Of a DNA stretch of 64,000 nt, positions 1 to 16,722 are shown piece after piece; position 1 is the first letter of the stretch, and every line of letters begins with the position of its first letter. Source of the DNA: the human T2T-CHM13v2.0 reference genome, Homo sapiens; the NCBI RefSeq assembly GCF_009914755.1, contig NC_060926.1. One strand, given 5' to 3'. The position numbers and the translations under genes are program-made. The notes below the pieces were generated by a model, which saw only the letters and a list, made by a program, of their open reading frames with translations, searched no databases and had not been told where the DNA came from.

Positions 1-136
1 TATATCCAGAATGGAACCACTTCTCATCACCTCTTTTGCAACCACTCTGGTCTAAGCCACCACCATTTTCCAACTGTATTATTGCAACATCCTCCTAATT
101 GGTCTCCTTGTTTACAACCTTGTTCTCCTGCAGCCT
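1..136 (+). mobile_element. L2 fragment
   Basis: Resembles L2 ORF2 3' consensus (tccagaat..accacttctc..tattgcaacatcctcctaattggtctcc). Confidence 0.7.
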
Positions 137-149
137 TTTTGCAGTGGGA

Positions 150-876
150 GTTCATATGAATGAAATCATAGAGTAAATACTCTTTCGGGTCTGACTTCCT
201 TCACTCAGCATGTTGCTTGAGATGCATCCTTGTTATTAGGTGTATGAGAAACACATTCCTTTTTATTGCTGAGTAGTATTCCATTGTATGTATATACCCT
301 GATTTGTTTGTTTACATCTTAATAGATACTTGGATTGTTTATGAATAAATCTGTTACGGACATTCACTTCTAAGTCTTTGCTGGGATATGTTTTCTTTTA
401 GATAAACGCTTAGGAGTGAAATTGCTGTCATATGGTAGGGGTATGTTTAACAGTATAAGAAAGTGTCAAACTGTTTTATAAAGTGAGTGTGTTATTTTAT
501 GTTCTTACCAGCAATATGTGAGATTCAATTTGCCTGAAATCCTTGCCAACTTCTGGTATTGTCAGTAATTTACAATGTTAGCCATTCTGGTGGGTGTGTA
601 AGTGGTATTTCACTGTGGTTTTATTTTACATTTCTCTGATGTCCAGTGATGTTGAATTTTGCTTTTCGTATGCTTATTGTCCATCAATATATTTTATTTC
701 AAATTTGTGTTCATTTCTTTATTTTTTGGTCTTATTAGTTGTAAGAGTTTTTAAAAATAGTCTTCCTGCAAGTCCTCTTCAGATTTACATTTTTCGAACA
801 TTCTTTCTAGTCTTTGTCTTGTCTTTCCAATTTGTTAATGCTGTCTCTTGAGAGCAAACATTTTAAATTTTGATAA
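150..876 (-). mobile_element. Old L1M (L1MC/ME-type) 3' region
   Basis: ttcctttttattgctgagtagtattccattgtatg and other L1M antisense hallmarks. Confidence 0.8.
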
Positions 877-1269
<393 letters not shown>

Positions 1270-1314
1270 TAAAATTGCTCTGAGCTCAGAGGAATCTGAG
1301 ATTTTAAAGATTTG

Positions 1315-1570
1315 GGCTGGGCACGGTGGTTCACACTTGTAATCCCAGCATTTTGGGAGGCTGAGGCAGGTGATTCACTTAAGGCCAGGAGTTCAAAACC
1401 AGCCTGGTCAACACAGCAAAACCCCTTCTCTACTAAAAATACAAAAATTAGCTGGGCATGGTGGTGCGCGCCTGTAATTCCAGCTACTCAGGAGGTTGCA
1501 GTGAGCCAAGATCACGCCACTGCACTCCAGCCTGGGTGACGGAGCAAGACTGTTTCAAAAAAAAAAAAGG
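1315..1570 (+). mobile_element. AluS with right-arm internal deletion
   Basis: ggctgggcacggtgg...poly(A); TSD aagatttg at 1307-1314 and 1571-1578. Confidence 0.95.
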
Positions 1571-3837
1571 AAGATTTGAAGATGTATGTGGTGACAAACT
1601 CATAATTTTAGAAGAGATTCACAGATGTTGATGATCACACACTGAGCACTATGATCTATGTCTCTGTATCCTTTGGAATGTGTGTCTTAATCAAACATGT
1701 ACTATCAGTGTGGCTGAGTCTTAAGAGTGCTTAATCAAAGTGTAGAGTAACTGTGTTCAACGGGGACCCACAGTGGGCATCCCTGGCATGCTAGAGACCA
1801 AGATATGAATCACAGAATTAGCCCACAGTTTCTGGCCATGTATCCAAACCAGGCAACATTTGGGTCCACTTGATTTGTGAAAGTATATTCTCCTAGGAAA
1901 CTGCTGAAGGAGAAGCCAAGGCTGGAACCAGAATTGATGGAAAAAACCCTCTCCTTCTTACAGAAAGAATTCATTTAAAAACACTAGTATTCTTACTGAA
2001 TTGATAAAAATGGATCATTCACTACTGATAGCCCTATAATGGACTCTTGCAAGAATAATGTTGATTAAATTATTTATTTTCTTGGACTGCTTTCTTATTG
2101 ATGCATAAAAATTCAGTATTTTTGAATAGCAGAATTTACATTATCCATGAAAATATTCCCATGATGAATACACATTTGGATTTCTGATATGCTTTATATT
2201 ACTGAAACAAGTCTTTGAAAGAGATGGTTTTTAATTTTTTTTCTAGGGCTAAAATTCTTTGTTTCTATGTTGTCTTTTTGTCAATGATTTGGAGTTTGCA
2301 TCAGGCCAAGAGAAGACATGAACTTAGGCAAGTCTTCAACAGATGCTAAGTCTTTTCTTTAAAAAATCCACATTACACATAAGCAATTTTAAATTTGTAC
2401 ATAGAAGATAATGTGTAGTTATTAAATTGATTGCTAAAATATGCCCCAAACATTCACTCATGTGACTGGTGGCCTGCGCATTAGAAGAGGACTCATTGAA
2501 ATATATGGAGGTTGGATTGCAGCTTTGGCCTCAAAGAATATTGGCAAATTTGCATTTACGCAACATTAATTTGCCTCAAGTATGTCACTGGTGAGTTCTT
2601 TGTTTTAGTGAGTGCCAGATGTATTCTTCTTCAGAATATACTTGGTGAAACTCTCTTTCTGAATGCCAAACGGACATGAGAAAACTTTCAGTCATCTGGA
2701 GCTTGTAAATTGTTCTAAAATTTTTGGAATTTTATTGAAGGCTTGATTTCATCATAAAGCAGAGAATACCTTGGAAGAATAAAAAGCAAATCAATCAGAA
2801 ATGATTGGAACCAGTAATTAGAATTTCCTTGGAGAGAGAAAAATGTATGATGTAAATCTACTGCCTTGCAAAAAAGATTGCTTTCTAACAAGTTATCAGA
2901 TCTTACAGAGCAACTTCAGATGCGAACACAGATGTGAAGCTGTTTTTTTTTTTAATTGTTGTTTTCAGCTACAAGTTCCCAACTCTCTCCTTTCAAACTT
3001 AGATATCCGGAAACTTCATTTGGCTAATCAAGGCTGATGGGGTTTCAGGATGATTGTATTATGGAGCATGAAATTAGAAATAATACCCATGAAAATTAGT
3101 AATTTTATTTCAATATGTAATTTAAAGAACTGGATCATCACTCCACTTTTGTCAATTTGGAACATTTTCATAATATTTTGTTGATTTTTAGAATTTTCTT
3201 TTTTCTACTTTCCAACTTTATTTTACCTTACTTGAATTATTTTTTCCTTCACTTAGTGGATGAAAAGTACAGAAATGCTCTTCATCTGTCTTTTTGTGAA
3301 CAGTTAATCTTATATCTTGATGCTGATTACAGATAACAAAACAGATTTTAAAATATCTTTGAAAATATTTAAATTAATTTTTAGAGAACAATGGTTTAAA
3401 CAAAATCATAGATATTTTGTATTTGCCGACATTTAGAATTAAAAAATATATAGCATTAATAAGACTGATTTGTTACTTTTTTTCTCTAGTATGTCATATC
3501 CTATACCAGTGGAACTGCTGAGACCAAAGCCTAAAAATGCAATGGATGTTATTATTTTCTCTCTGCTCTTCAAGGAACTTTAAAGCATAAATTATTTTGA
3601 TAAACTAGCATTAACTTCTAACTTCTCTCACTGTAGAATGTGGAAAGGCTTAAAAAATAACCCACAAACTTTTCTGCTTGAAATTTATAATATGCTGCTA
3701 GCAGATAATTTATAAAAAATGGCATATTTGACTTTTATTGTTGACTAAATAGGGCAAATGTAGAAACTCTATTCAAGGTAAGAGGTTAAAAGTTTATATA
3801 TCCACAGAGAGATATTGCAAGGAAATTGCTTGGATTT

Positions 3838-3839
<2 letters not shown>

Positions 3840-3882
<43 letters not shown>
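3840..3882. repeat. (TG)21 microsatellite
   Basis: Perfect dinucleotide run. Confidence 0.99.
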
Positions 3883-3886
<4 letters not shown>

Positions 3887-4084
3887 GTAAAGAACTCTGT
3901 TCAAGAAGATGCTTCAATTATAGTTAATTTTTAAAAGGGCCAAGAGTTATAAAACACTTGAATTTGTTCAATTCATTTGGAAAAATGCTGGGATCAGAAA
4001 GAACTTTTCAATCTGATTTTAAAATTGGTGAATTTCGTTTTATGATTAAAAAGAAAAAGAACAAAAAGGAGATCTTGGCAGCCA

Positions 4085-4185
4085 TTTTCTCCAACTCCCT
4101 CATGAAATTTAAAGCTTAGACGACTTATCCAAGTTAACACTAGTAAGTGGCAGAACCAAGAGTAGGACCACAAGTCTTAACTCCT
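4085..4185 (-). mobile_element. MIR core fragment
   Basis: gacttatccaagttaacactagtaagtggcagaacc matches antisense MIR core. Confidence 0.6.
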
Positions 4186-6172
4186 CATTTTTGGAGCATT
4201 CCACTTCCCCACTTCCCTGCCCTATCTCTTTATTTACAGCCTCCTTTGTTGATTTGACATAATTAATCTTCATTATCATCATCCATCCATCCATCCAACT
4301 CACATTTGACTGAGGAATGTTTCCAGCCCTTAGGGAGCTGTTGGGTGGAGTAGACATGAATGAAATGGATGTTATCTCTCTCTTCTGCTAGGCTGTGATC
4401 TTTTGGAAGGCAGGGACTATGTTTGTCTACCTCCTTAGCAGCCCATATTACAGTATAGGCTCGACAAAGCTTCGTGCAGAATGCACTTTGCCTTGGGAAA
4501 TTTCTCCACCTGACCCTGTACTATGAATCCTGTTGTCTGTTTTGATTTCTGTCCCATTGCTTCCTACTAGGAGTCTTCTTCTCATCTTATACCCCCTCTG
4601 TAAGACAATTCACTTGGCCAGCCTGGCTTTAATTCTGGCATCTCTCCTAGAGATGACCTTTTACATTATTGTCGCTCAGTTCTCTGCTCTGCAGACCTTG
4701 GGCTAGTGACCCTTATGTCTGCCCCTGCTGCAAACTTCCAGGACATTGGCCCCAGCCCTTACTAATGCCCAAGCCTCACCTGTCTGGGAGCTGAAATTGA
4801 TAGTCTTATCTTTGTATTGCTGAGCAAAAGCATATGACCTGGCACTTGGTGGATACTCCCCAAATGTTTGTGAAAATAAATCATAAAGATACTTCATGGT
4901 GTCATATTTGTCGTCATCCTCCTCATTTTTTTTAATTGAACGTTTAGCTAGGAGAGACCATATTACATACCATGTGTGATATAAAATGGCTTATGGTTCA
5001 ATTAGTCACACTCAGATTCATAAATAAAACTTAATATGAGTCTTAAAATTCCAGACAGTTGGTTTAAATAAAAATTGTAGGAATAACTGTTTTTATTTCC
5101 TCCTCTGTGTATTGTGAAGACTTAGTTGAATATAAATTTATGCTATATTAAGGAGTTATTTTCTCTCTAAGGAATTATGTAAATCAGTGAAGAAGATGAG
5201 GTTATACTAAACATACATGGTAAATTTCTATCACTTAGTCTTCTTTCAAACACTTCCAGAAATCCTGGGCTAGAGCTAATTAATAACTAATAACTACCAA
5301 ATAAAAAAAAATGTTTGAATAAGCTATATTTTAGACAAAATAGTACTTCTTTTTCTTCTGAAGTATATTAAGCAAGTATAACAATAGGCTTAAAAATGAC
5401 CACCTTGATTAAAAGTTTATTTTCCATGACTTGCCAACATTTAAAAATGAACTTATGTTTCTAAACATTCTGTAGCTTTCTTCTTCCTTTTGACTCATTA
5501 GCAATATTTGTTTTTTCCTGATTATAGAAGTAGCAAATGCTCAATGTAGACATTTTATAAAACATACAAAAGTATAAAGCTGTAAATTAAAATCATCCAT
5601 AATAAAAATGGCTTAATACTATTAACCATTGTTAACATTGTTGTATATTTTCCAGACTTTCTATGTGTTTCCATTGGCTTTCTCCTTCTCTCTCTCTCTC
5701 CATACTTATTCTATGTATATATGTGACTTTTTCACATGGGCACCAAAGTGGCATTGCATTAGACGTCACTATTTACATAGTCAATAGCAGAAACACCTTC
5801 TTGAACCTAGAGGCTCATAAGCACCTTTCCTTAAGAACCATTGTGTGATGCTTTGGCCAGGGGAACAAATCCGGGTGATGATACTGCACTCAGTTCATGG
5901 TGCTACCTTCTTTTCCTCCTCCCCAACAGCTGTGTCTGTTATTGAATTAAGTGTGGGTTTTCCCGAGGTGGTTTCCAAGTCTCTCAATGAAAATCACTTT
6001 ACAGCAGGCCCACACCACTGGTTCAATCAATTCAAACTCATATGTATGAATTATAATGGAAAACATGGTATAACTATCTTTATCAAATTATACTTGAGTT
6101 TGCAAAGTGACCTATTAGTTGGTGATAAAAAATAGGATTTTGAACTTTTATCACAGAGTGAAGAGCTTTTGA

Positions 6173-6682
<510 letters not shown>

Positions 6683-7174
6683 TAAATGCCAGATTTCTTA
6701 AACCAACATCATTGTATCTACATGGGATAAGTAACAACTGGGTCACAGAAAATAAGGCTACCTTTGTTCCTTTTTTCTTCTTTCTCTACAAATAACCTTG
6801 AAACTAGAGTTGAACAACTTAATAATTAGTTTAAGTGAAATAAAACATTTCATAGTTGTGTAAAGGGAGCTGGTTTTCTGTCTCCTATATTTCAGCCTGA
6901 AGATCATTTTTCAGACCCCTCTTATTCCAATGTTCTCATATTTATCAAAGGCCTAGCAACATTAAACGGGCACTAGATCTTTAATTCTTTGTCCTCCTAT
7001 GCCATTAGTATTCTTTTTATGATTTGACTTCAGAGCTGAAGGCTCTAATACCACTCCTCCATTGTATCGAATTTCTGAAACATAGGCAGACAGACAGACA
7101 CATACCCACTCACATTTAATAGCAGAGCTGTGTCAGGAATCACGTTTTCTTGCTTCTTATCTCATATAATATTC

Positions 7175-8382
<1,208 letters not shown>

Positions 8383-8863
8383 TTATCCAGCCCTGAGGAA
8401 CTGTTTATAATAACAGAGTAAAATGATAAAGGCACACTATTGGACTAAGAGTCAAGAGATTGTTTGATTTTTGCAGTAATAAGCTGCTGTCAGATATTCA
8501 TTACATCTAAATCTAAACTCCGTGAATGCAAGGGCTGTTTCTGTCCTGTCTACTTCTGTGTCATTGCCATGAAATAGGTTCTCAACAAAAATTTATTGGA
8601 TGAATTATTGAATGACTAGTTAGGTTTGTCTACTTAGCTAAGAAGCTGTGGTTTCATTGAAGAATCTCACAGAATGCACAACACAAGGATATTGTCAATA
8701 AAACTGCTTCCTTTATCCCATTCCCTTGTTAATTAACTTCAACAAATGCTTATCATCTTCCTTTTGTGACTCCAGTTTGGTACCATTTTCTTTGAAATAT
8801 TGAAAAACCTGAAGAGACTGCTTGCTTAATGCTTAATGGATCTTGGAAGTGTGGTAGTGTTAA

Positions 8864-9202
<339 letters not shown>

Positions 9203-9839
9203 TAGATTTCTTAAAGTACACATTTCCAAATGTGTCTTATTCTTTTGAATCCCTATTTCATTTGGACAATGGTGAGATTTTAAAACACATAGAATGTTTA
9301 AGACACGCCCATATGCAAAAGTCTTTTGCAAACTAAAATGAACGTGTATTTCTGATATTATTTGTAAGCAGTAATGCATTAAGTCTGACTAGCCTCCAAT
9401 TTGTGGAAATAAGGTTTATATGAGAAAGCTCTGAGTCATAGATTTGAAACTGATTAATAGACTGTTCCTAGATTATAAAATCATTATAAAGCCAATGACT
9501 GTATGACCTTCAAGTAGCTTGTTAAGTCAGTAAATTCTGTGAAAAAGAAAACCTAATAGTCAAACTATTTATGGGCAGTCATGTAGATTAAACTATTGGT
9601 TTTACTGCTATGCAGAGATACCACTTTTAATTTGATAATCAGAATTAATTAGGTGATTATGTGCTGGCTAACTGCTAATGTATTTTATTTGAAATTGTTA
9701 AATATATTTTGGTTGTCGTAATTGAATTTTATGAGTAGAAATTAAAACTTAGTCAAATGTCTATGTAAAATCATCTGGATGATTTGTGTGTGTGTACTTG
9801 TGTTATTTACTTATACTTACAATTGTCTGTTTTTTAAAA

Positions 9840-11100
9840 ATTTATTGAGCCTTTAGTTTTCCTACAGATATTTGGAAAACACAGGGTTTACCACCTTGTT
9901 ATTAATGATATTACAGTCTGGAGGGGTTATCAAACATCTGAACAGGCAATTATAACTCAGTTTGATGGGGCTAACACAGAGAGTGCAAGGAAGAGGCAAT
10001 CAACTCAACTTTGGGAGTCCAGGGAATGCTTGCTTCCCATAAGGAGGAACATCTAAGAGGAGTCCTAGGGGACAAGTTATCCAGGTGTATTAGTCAGAGT
10101 TCTCTAGAGGGATGGGACTAATAGGACAGATGTATACATGATAGGGAGTTCATTAAGAAGCATTGACTCACATGATCACAAGGTGAAGTCCCACAATAGG
10201 CCTTCTGCAAGCTGAAGAGCAAGGAAGCCAGTCCAAGTCTCAAAACCTCAAAAGTATGGAAGCTGACAGTGCAGCCTTCAGTCTGTGGCTGAAGGCCCAA
10301 GAGCCCCTGGCAAGCCACTGGTGTAGGTCCAAGAGTCCAAAACCTGAAGAACATGGCATCCAATGTTTGAGGGCAGGAAGCATCTAGCACGGGAGAAAGA
10401 TGGAGGCCAGAAGACTTAGCCAGTCTAGTCCTTCCATGTTCCTTTGCCTGCTTTTATCCTAGCCATGATGGCAGCTGATTAGATGGTGCTGGCAGCTGAT
10501 TGAGGGTGGGTCTGCCTCTCCTAGTCCACTGACTCAAATGTCAATCTCCTTTGGCAATACCCTCACCAACATACCCAGGAACAATATTTTGCATCCTTCA
10601 AGCCAATCAAGTTGACTCTCAATATTAACCATCAATCAGGCCAAGGGAGGAAATGGCTTCATGAAGATGCAGATACCCTTCAGGAGATCCATAAGCAGTT
10701 CGTCGTGAATGGAGTAGAAATTAAGGAAGGGAAAATGGGAATTAAGGCCAGAGAAATAAACTGGGGTTGGTCATGAAGGCCCTTATTTGTTAAACTAGGC
10801 AACCTGGGCTGCATGGTTCTGTATAGGTGCTGTATTGGGTTTTGTTTAAATATAGGTGCAAGGTAAGGGGAATAGTGGAGGATGGAGTTGAAGATCCAGG
10901 AAAGGGTGATTTTGTGGGTTTCAAGGAGATTTTTTTTTTCAGTTGTATAGACTAGATTTAGAAACAGTGGTCACTGTTGACCTTGAAGAGAACAGTTTGT
11001 GTGTATGGAGGACTGGGAGTGGAAACCAGACTGTGTAGCAGGTTGAAGAGTGAATAAAAAATGATGGAGTAAAGACAGTGGTTGTTGTCAAGTCCAGAAG
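9840..11100 (-). mobile_element. L2 fragments interrupted by an MLT2A LTR
   Basis: L2 antisense motifs on both sides of the LTR (e.g. ggtcactgttgaccttgaagagaacagttt). Confidence 0.6.
10086..10635 (-). mobile_element. MLT2A2-like solo LTR (HERV-L)
   Basis: tgtattagtcagagttctctagaggg...caagttgactctcaatattaaccatca; ~550 bp; TSD ccagg/tcagg. Confidence 0.9.
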
Positions 11101-11847
11101 TTGTTTGATTTATGAAATATTTAAGGTTGGTATGTCATGAAATGTTCAGAATTAGGTATGGAACTATAGGTTGACTATAATAACAAATGATAGGTCTACC
11201 ATCATACACAATAGTTTGTATTAGTTTCTTGTCATTTGTTAATTTTAATCGTTTTTCTAACTGCATGAGAATGGAGGATGCTGACCTGAAATAAATAAGC
11301 TCAGAGTCAGAGTTTATGGACCACTTCTGAAGAAGATGTAAATCTCTCTCTTAATGTATGCCACTTTTATTTTCCAAGACTATTATTTAAAAAATTAGGT
11401 GATAAAAATGTTTCTTCCAAAATCAAGTATCTTTTTATGATCAAGGCTAATGTCTTTTATTTAAGAATTATAATGCATATGAGATTAAATAAGTTTCCAT
11501 GAAGTTCTGTCTCATAGTGACTAATTGAGGGAACTTAAAAGTAGATTATAGTCACAGCGATAAACAAAATAAGTCATAGAAATGTAACTGTTGAAAGTAG
11601 ACTACTCATTTCATGCAAGAATTTTTGACATTATAAAAGATACTGGCTGTAGAATTTCTTTGGCTCTTTTATACATGTAAAATTATTTGATTAACAACAA
11701 TTCCACTTTCATAATATTATGCAAAGCAGCCTACCTGTGCTGCAGGTTCTATGTTGTCTACCTTTCAATACAAATTATCTTTTTTCAGGTTATAAGCATT
11801 AAAAAATGCAACTAATAGATGATGCTTCTAATGTGAAAACTGCTGTT

Positions 11848-12397
<550 letters not shown>

Positions 12398-15300
12398 TCA
12401 GGTAATTATTTAATGCTTCTACTTTGAACTTTATTAAGAAAACAGACGTAGACTGCTGAAGGGAGAAACATATTTAAGTTTTCAACAGGTGCTAACCAGT
12501 AGAGAATATTCTTGAAAACCAAGAAAGGAAGAAATTCCTATAACTAATTTATTTTATTGTTGCATAGCTTTGTTATCTGGGAAGAGCCCACAATTTTTGA
12601 GGCTCACTGTTTGCTAGGCATCAGTTAATCACAGCAATGCTATGAGGTGGGACCTTCTACTATCTGCACTATGCAGGCAAGGAAGCTGAGGCCTGTAGAA
12701 TGAGACTCTGAGCCTGCCTGTTAAGAATGTGTTCAACTTTGCTGTGTACGATATTATTCAAATGGTCAATATACACTGTTAAAATGGTCAGCGTTGTCTG
12801 TTTGATACCTGAAGAAACTTAACTTCACAGAGACTGGACCTAAAGTCAAGTGCCTCTGGTCAGAGGGAACTATTAGAGGCCATGGCTGGCTCAGGGCACG
12901 TCCATGACCACACAGGAAAAGGGACTCCAGGCATACTTCTCTTTAAGAGTGAGCCATCTGTGGCATTATTGGCATATATGAATGACAATTTATTACCTTG
13001 GCACATTTTAGATTACTTTTTTGTACCAGAAGGTTTTTGTTGTTTTCCACCTAAGAGGGCATCAGACAACCCAAAAATCCACTGGTTGTCCATAATCAGA
13101 ATCTTGTTAGTAGATTTGAATGATTACCAAGAAATGAACTTTTTAAGAAAGGAAGGGTCCAGACAAAATAAAATGAAAGAAATGGGGCCAAATTAACTAT
13201 GGTAATGGGAAAAAGAAACATAAAACATTCAATAAAAATCCCCTTGAGTAGTTTTTTTATATGACCCAGCTACCTGTTGTCACACAAACAGCCTAAGACT
13301 GATTTTGTCACTGAAATACTCAGTGTGAGGAGGGCTTGTGGTAGACATAACCAGCATAGGAATCTCATTTATTCTAAAGCCATCCATGAGTAGCTGAAGA
13401 ACCGCTCATCCCATTTTTTGCCTAGCCATCAAAGTGTTTATATTGCCTAAATGGAGTCGTGTTATTCTATAGAACCAAGGGTATGTTTAGTTGAATCCTC
13501 GTGTGGTGATTGTATTTTCAGGCTGGTCCCTGGTCTTCAGAATGCTTTCTAGAAGCCTGGAAAGGGTTTGTTGTTTGTTACAGGCCTTTTCCAGACTGCT
13601 AAACTACCTCCTCCCAGTTTCTCCCAGCAATAGTTTTATTTTTAAAGAGCACTCGATACTCCAAGTACAGTTCATTTTTACATTTCAAATTTGAGCTCTG
13701 ATTTTTAGAAAAAAATAAAAAGTCAACATCCGGGGTCAGGCAAAATCTACTTAGTTTTAGTAAGATCTTTCTTTTAAGTAGGTTTAGTTGATTTTGTCTT
13801 TTTTCCTTTTCTTTTCCGATTATACAATTTTTTTGAGAAGTTTGGTAGGATATTGGTTTGAAACCAGTAAATTTTTGAGGGCACTCTATAATGTTATTCT
13901 ATAATACTTTTTTAGGTCTTTGTATTTGGTAAATAACCAGAAAAAAAGTCTTCTGTTAGAAATTTACCAAATCATTTTATAGCTGAAAGAATGGCTTCTG
14001 AATGTTATATTTACCCTAAATAGCTGACAGATTTATCCCTCCAATAACCTCCCACTCCTGTCCCCTAATCCCCTACCTTCTAATTTTGCCTTAGCTAGTC
14101 ATGGATAAATAACAGTTCGTGATGGCCCTTGGGAACTGTGGGATGCTCTCAGCTGGAATTTAAATTTCTACAAGCAATAATCTCAATTTGTCAGATTTTG
14201 GGATCCTAGCCATGTGTACTTCGCATTATTCAATCACCATTCAAAGTCATATCTGTAGGAAAGAACAGGTCTCAACCACATAAATTCAGTCTCTGAATAA
14301 AAAACCATACTCATACTCATCACTCATACTTACTCATATACATGGTTGGTCTGATTTCTATTTCATTAATTACTAGGTTGAATGCCTTTTCATATATTTA
14401 CTTGTATAGCTGTAATTTTTAAGGATGATCTTTTTCAGTGTTTCGCCTATTTTCCTATTGAATCTATTTGTAGAATTTTCAAAAGTAACAACTCTTTATT
14501 AGACATTATATAAAAATTTTTCAGTTTTTCATTTGTCTTGATGTTTGTAATATTTTTATATACAGCTTAAACTTTTAACATTTACCTTAAAATTAAATAT
14601 ATCAATTATACAAAAGACTGTATAAATAACATACATATACTCTTTGAATAATAATAAAACAAGTAACCCTATACTCACTTCCCAGGTTAGGAGTCGTACA
14701 TTTTCAAAACTTTGAAGCCTGTATGAACTCCTATTATATCACATTTCCTGTTCTCTCCAGAGATAATGGATGTTTTGAATTTTGTTCTTATTGTCTTTGT
14801 AGTTTTAGAAACCACATACAGATAATTCCTAAACAATGTATTATTTAATTTTATTCATTTTTGAACTATATGTAACTAGACTCATATCTTACAAATTCTT
14901 TTGCGACTTCTTTTTTTTTTTGGGAAATTCATTACCCTTTCAGTATCATCCATGTTGATGCATGCTTTTAATGCATGCACGTTATTATACTCTATGGTCA
15001 TATCACTATTCATTCTGTTGTTTCCGTTTTTTTCCTATTACAAAAATGCAACAATAAACTTTCTTACACATATGTGCAAAAGATGTATTCCTGGATTAGA
15101 ATTGCTGGCTCATAAGATATGCATATTTTCTTCTTTAAAAATAGCCAAATTGTTTTCCAAAGGGCTTGTATCATTTTATACTTACACCAACAGTTTTTAA
15201 GAGTTCTTGTTGTTTCACGTTATTGTTAATGTTTGATATTTTCAGACTTTAAAATCAGTGGTGGCTGTAAAATGGTGGTTTTACTTTGCATTCCTCTGAT

Positions 15301-15718
15301 TACTGATTAGGCGAGCATCTTTTTCATCTATTTATTGGTCCTCTGAGAAATGCCTTTTCACGTCTTTGGACCGACCACTTTGTTATTGGGTTGTTTGTTT
15401 TTCCCTTTTCTTTTCTGATTCCAAGGTATTCTTCATAAATTCTGGATACTAATCCTAAGTCAGTTTTATGTGTGAAAAAGGCCGGGAGAGAGTCGCTCTC
15501 GGAGGCACTTCCTCCTTCTCTGCTGTGCTCCCAGGAGTTGGTTATTTCAGATGATTTACTGTAATATATCAGCAGTTAATATGAAAGCTCTATAGCTGGA
15601 GGTCTTAAATTACAGCATCTGTGATTATCAATTAAAGCGAGATTTGTATAAATTTGGTAAACCAGAAATGCCTCATTGGCATATAAACCCAGTCAATGAC
15701 CATGGTCTAATATCATCT

Positions 15719-15975
15719 GGCCAGGCCTGGTGGCTCCCACCTGTAATCCCAGCATTTTGGGAGACCAAAGTAGGAGGATCACTTGAGCCTAGGAGATTTA
15801 GACCAGTCTGGGCAACATAAAAATATCTCTACAAAAATTTGAAAATTAGCTGGGTGTGGTCCCTGCTACTCGGAAGGCTGAAGTTAGAGAATCACTTGAG
15901 CCTGGGAAGTTGAAGCTGCAATGAGCTGTGATCACTCCCACTGCACTTCAGACTGGGCAACAGAGCAAGACTCTC
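15719..15975 (+). mobile_element. AluJ with internal deletions; tail replaced by a microsatellite
   Basis: ggccaggcctggtggctcccacctgtaatccc...; imperfect TSD aatatcatct / aatgccatct. Confidence 0.9.
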
Positions 15976-15990
15976 TCTCTCTCTCTCTCT

Positions 15991-16037
<47 letters not shown>
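15971..16037. repeat. Compound (CT)10-(CA)n microsatellite
   Basis: Directly visible. Confidence 0.98.
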
Positions 16038-16039
<2 letters not shown>

Positions 16040-16313
16040 CGCCCCCCCGCCACAGAAAATGCCATCTCTCAGTTTGTGACTTATTTTTTCCATTTCCTTT
16101 GATATCTTTTGATGTTGTTCTTTAATTTATCAAGCTTTATTTCATGAGTTGTGCTTTTGATTTCTTGTTTAAAGCCTTTTTCCACCCTGAGGATATAAAG
16201 ATATTCTTCTGTTTATTCCTGAAAGATGTAAAATTTTGTCTTTCACATTTATTTATTTCATACTATTTAATTGCTGTTACACATCTGCAATTTTTGTACA
16301 TGGTTTCACATGC

Positions 16314-16722
16314 TGTGGTAGCTGTATTATTGATCCCAATTTGTCACCCGTCCCTGTAACCATATCCTCTGGCATGCAGTTTCAAGTTTCTCCTGTAAAG
16401 TTAGATGATACTTCTCCAGCTCTTGGCTTTAGTCACATGGCTTTTTTTGGCCAAGAGAATGAGAAGAAAGACATGAGTTCTGAGCCTAGGCCTTAAGAGG
16501 CCTAGTGTGTTTCTGCTTCTTCCATTGCTCAGAGAAGAACATGTCTGAGCTAGTCCACTAGGCCCAAGAGGTGAGCTACACCAGCCACACAGCCTAAGCT
16601 GAGCCCAGTTGACTTCAACTGAATACCAGGTCACTTGTAGAGTTTTCTGTGATAATAAACCGTTGCTGCTTTAAACCACTGAGTTTGAGGTGGTTTGTTT
16701 TGTAACAATAGTTAACTGATAC
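16314..16722 (+). mobile_element. MLT1H/I-like MaLR solo LTR
   Basis: tgtggtag...aataaa...tttaaaccactgagtttgaggtggtttgtt...aactgataca. Confidence 0.8.

Noticed and set aside
14306-14339. Degenerate (CATACT)n run
   Set aside because: Short simple-repeat slippage with no supporting features
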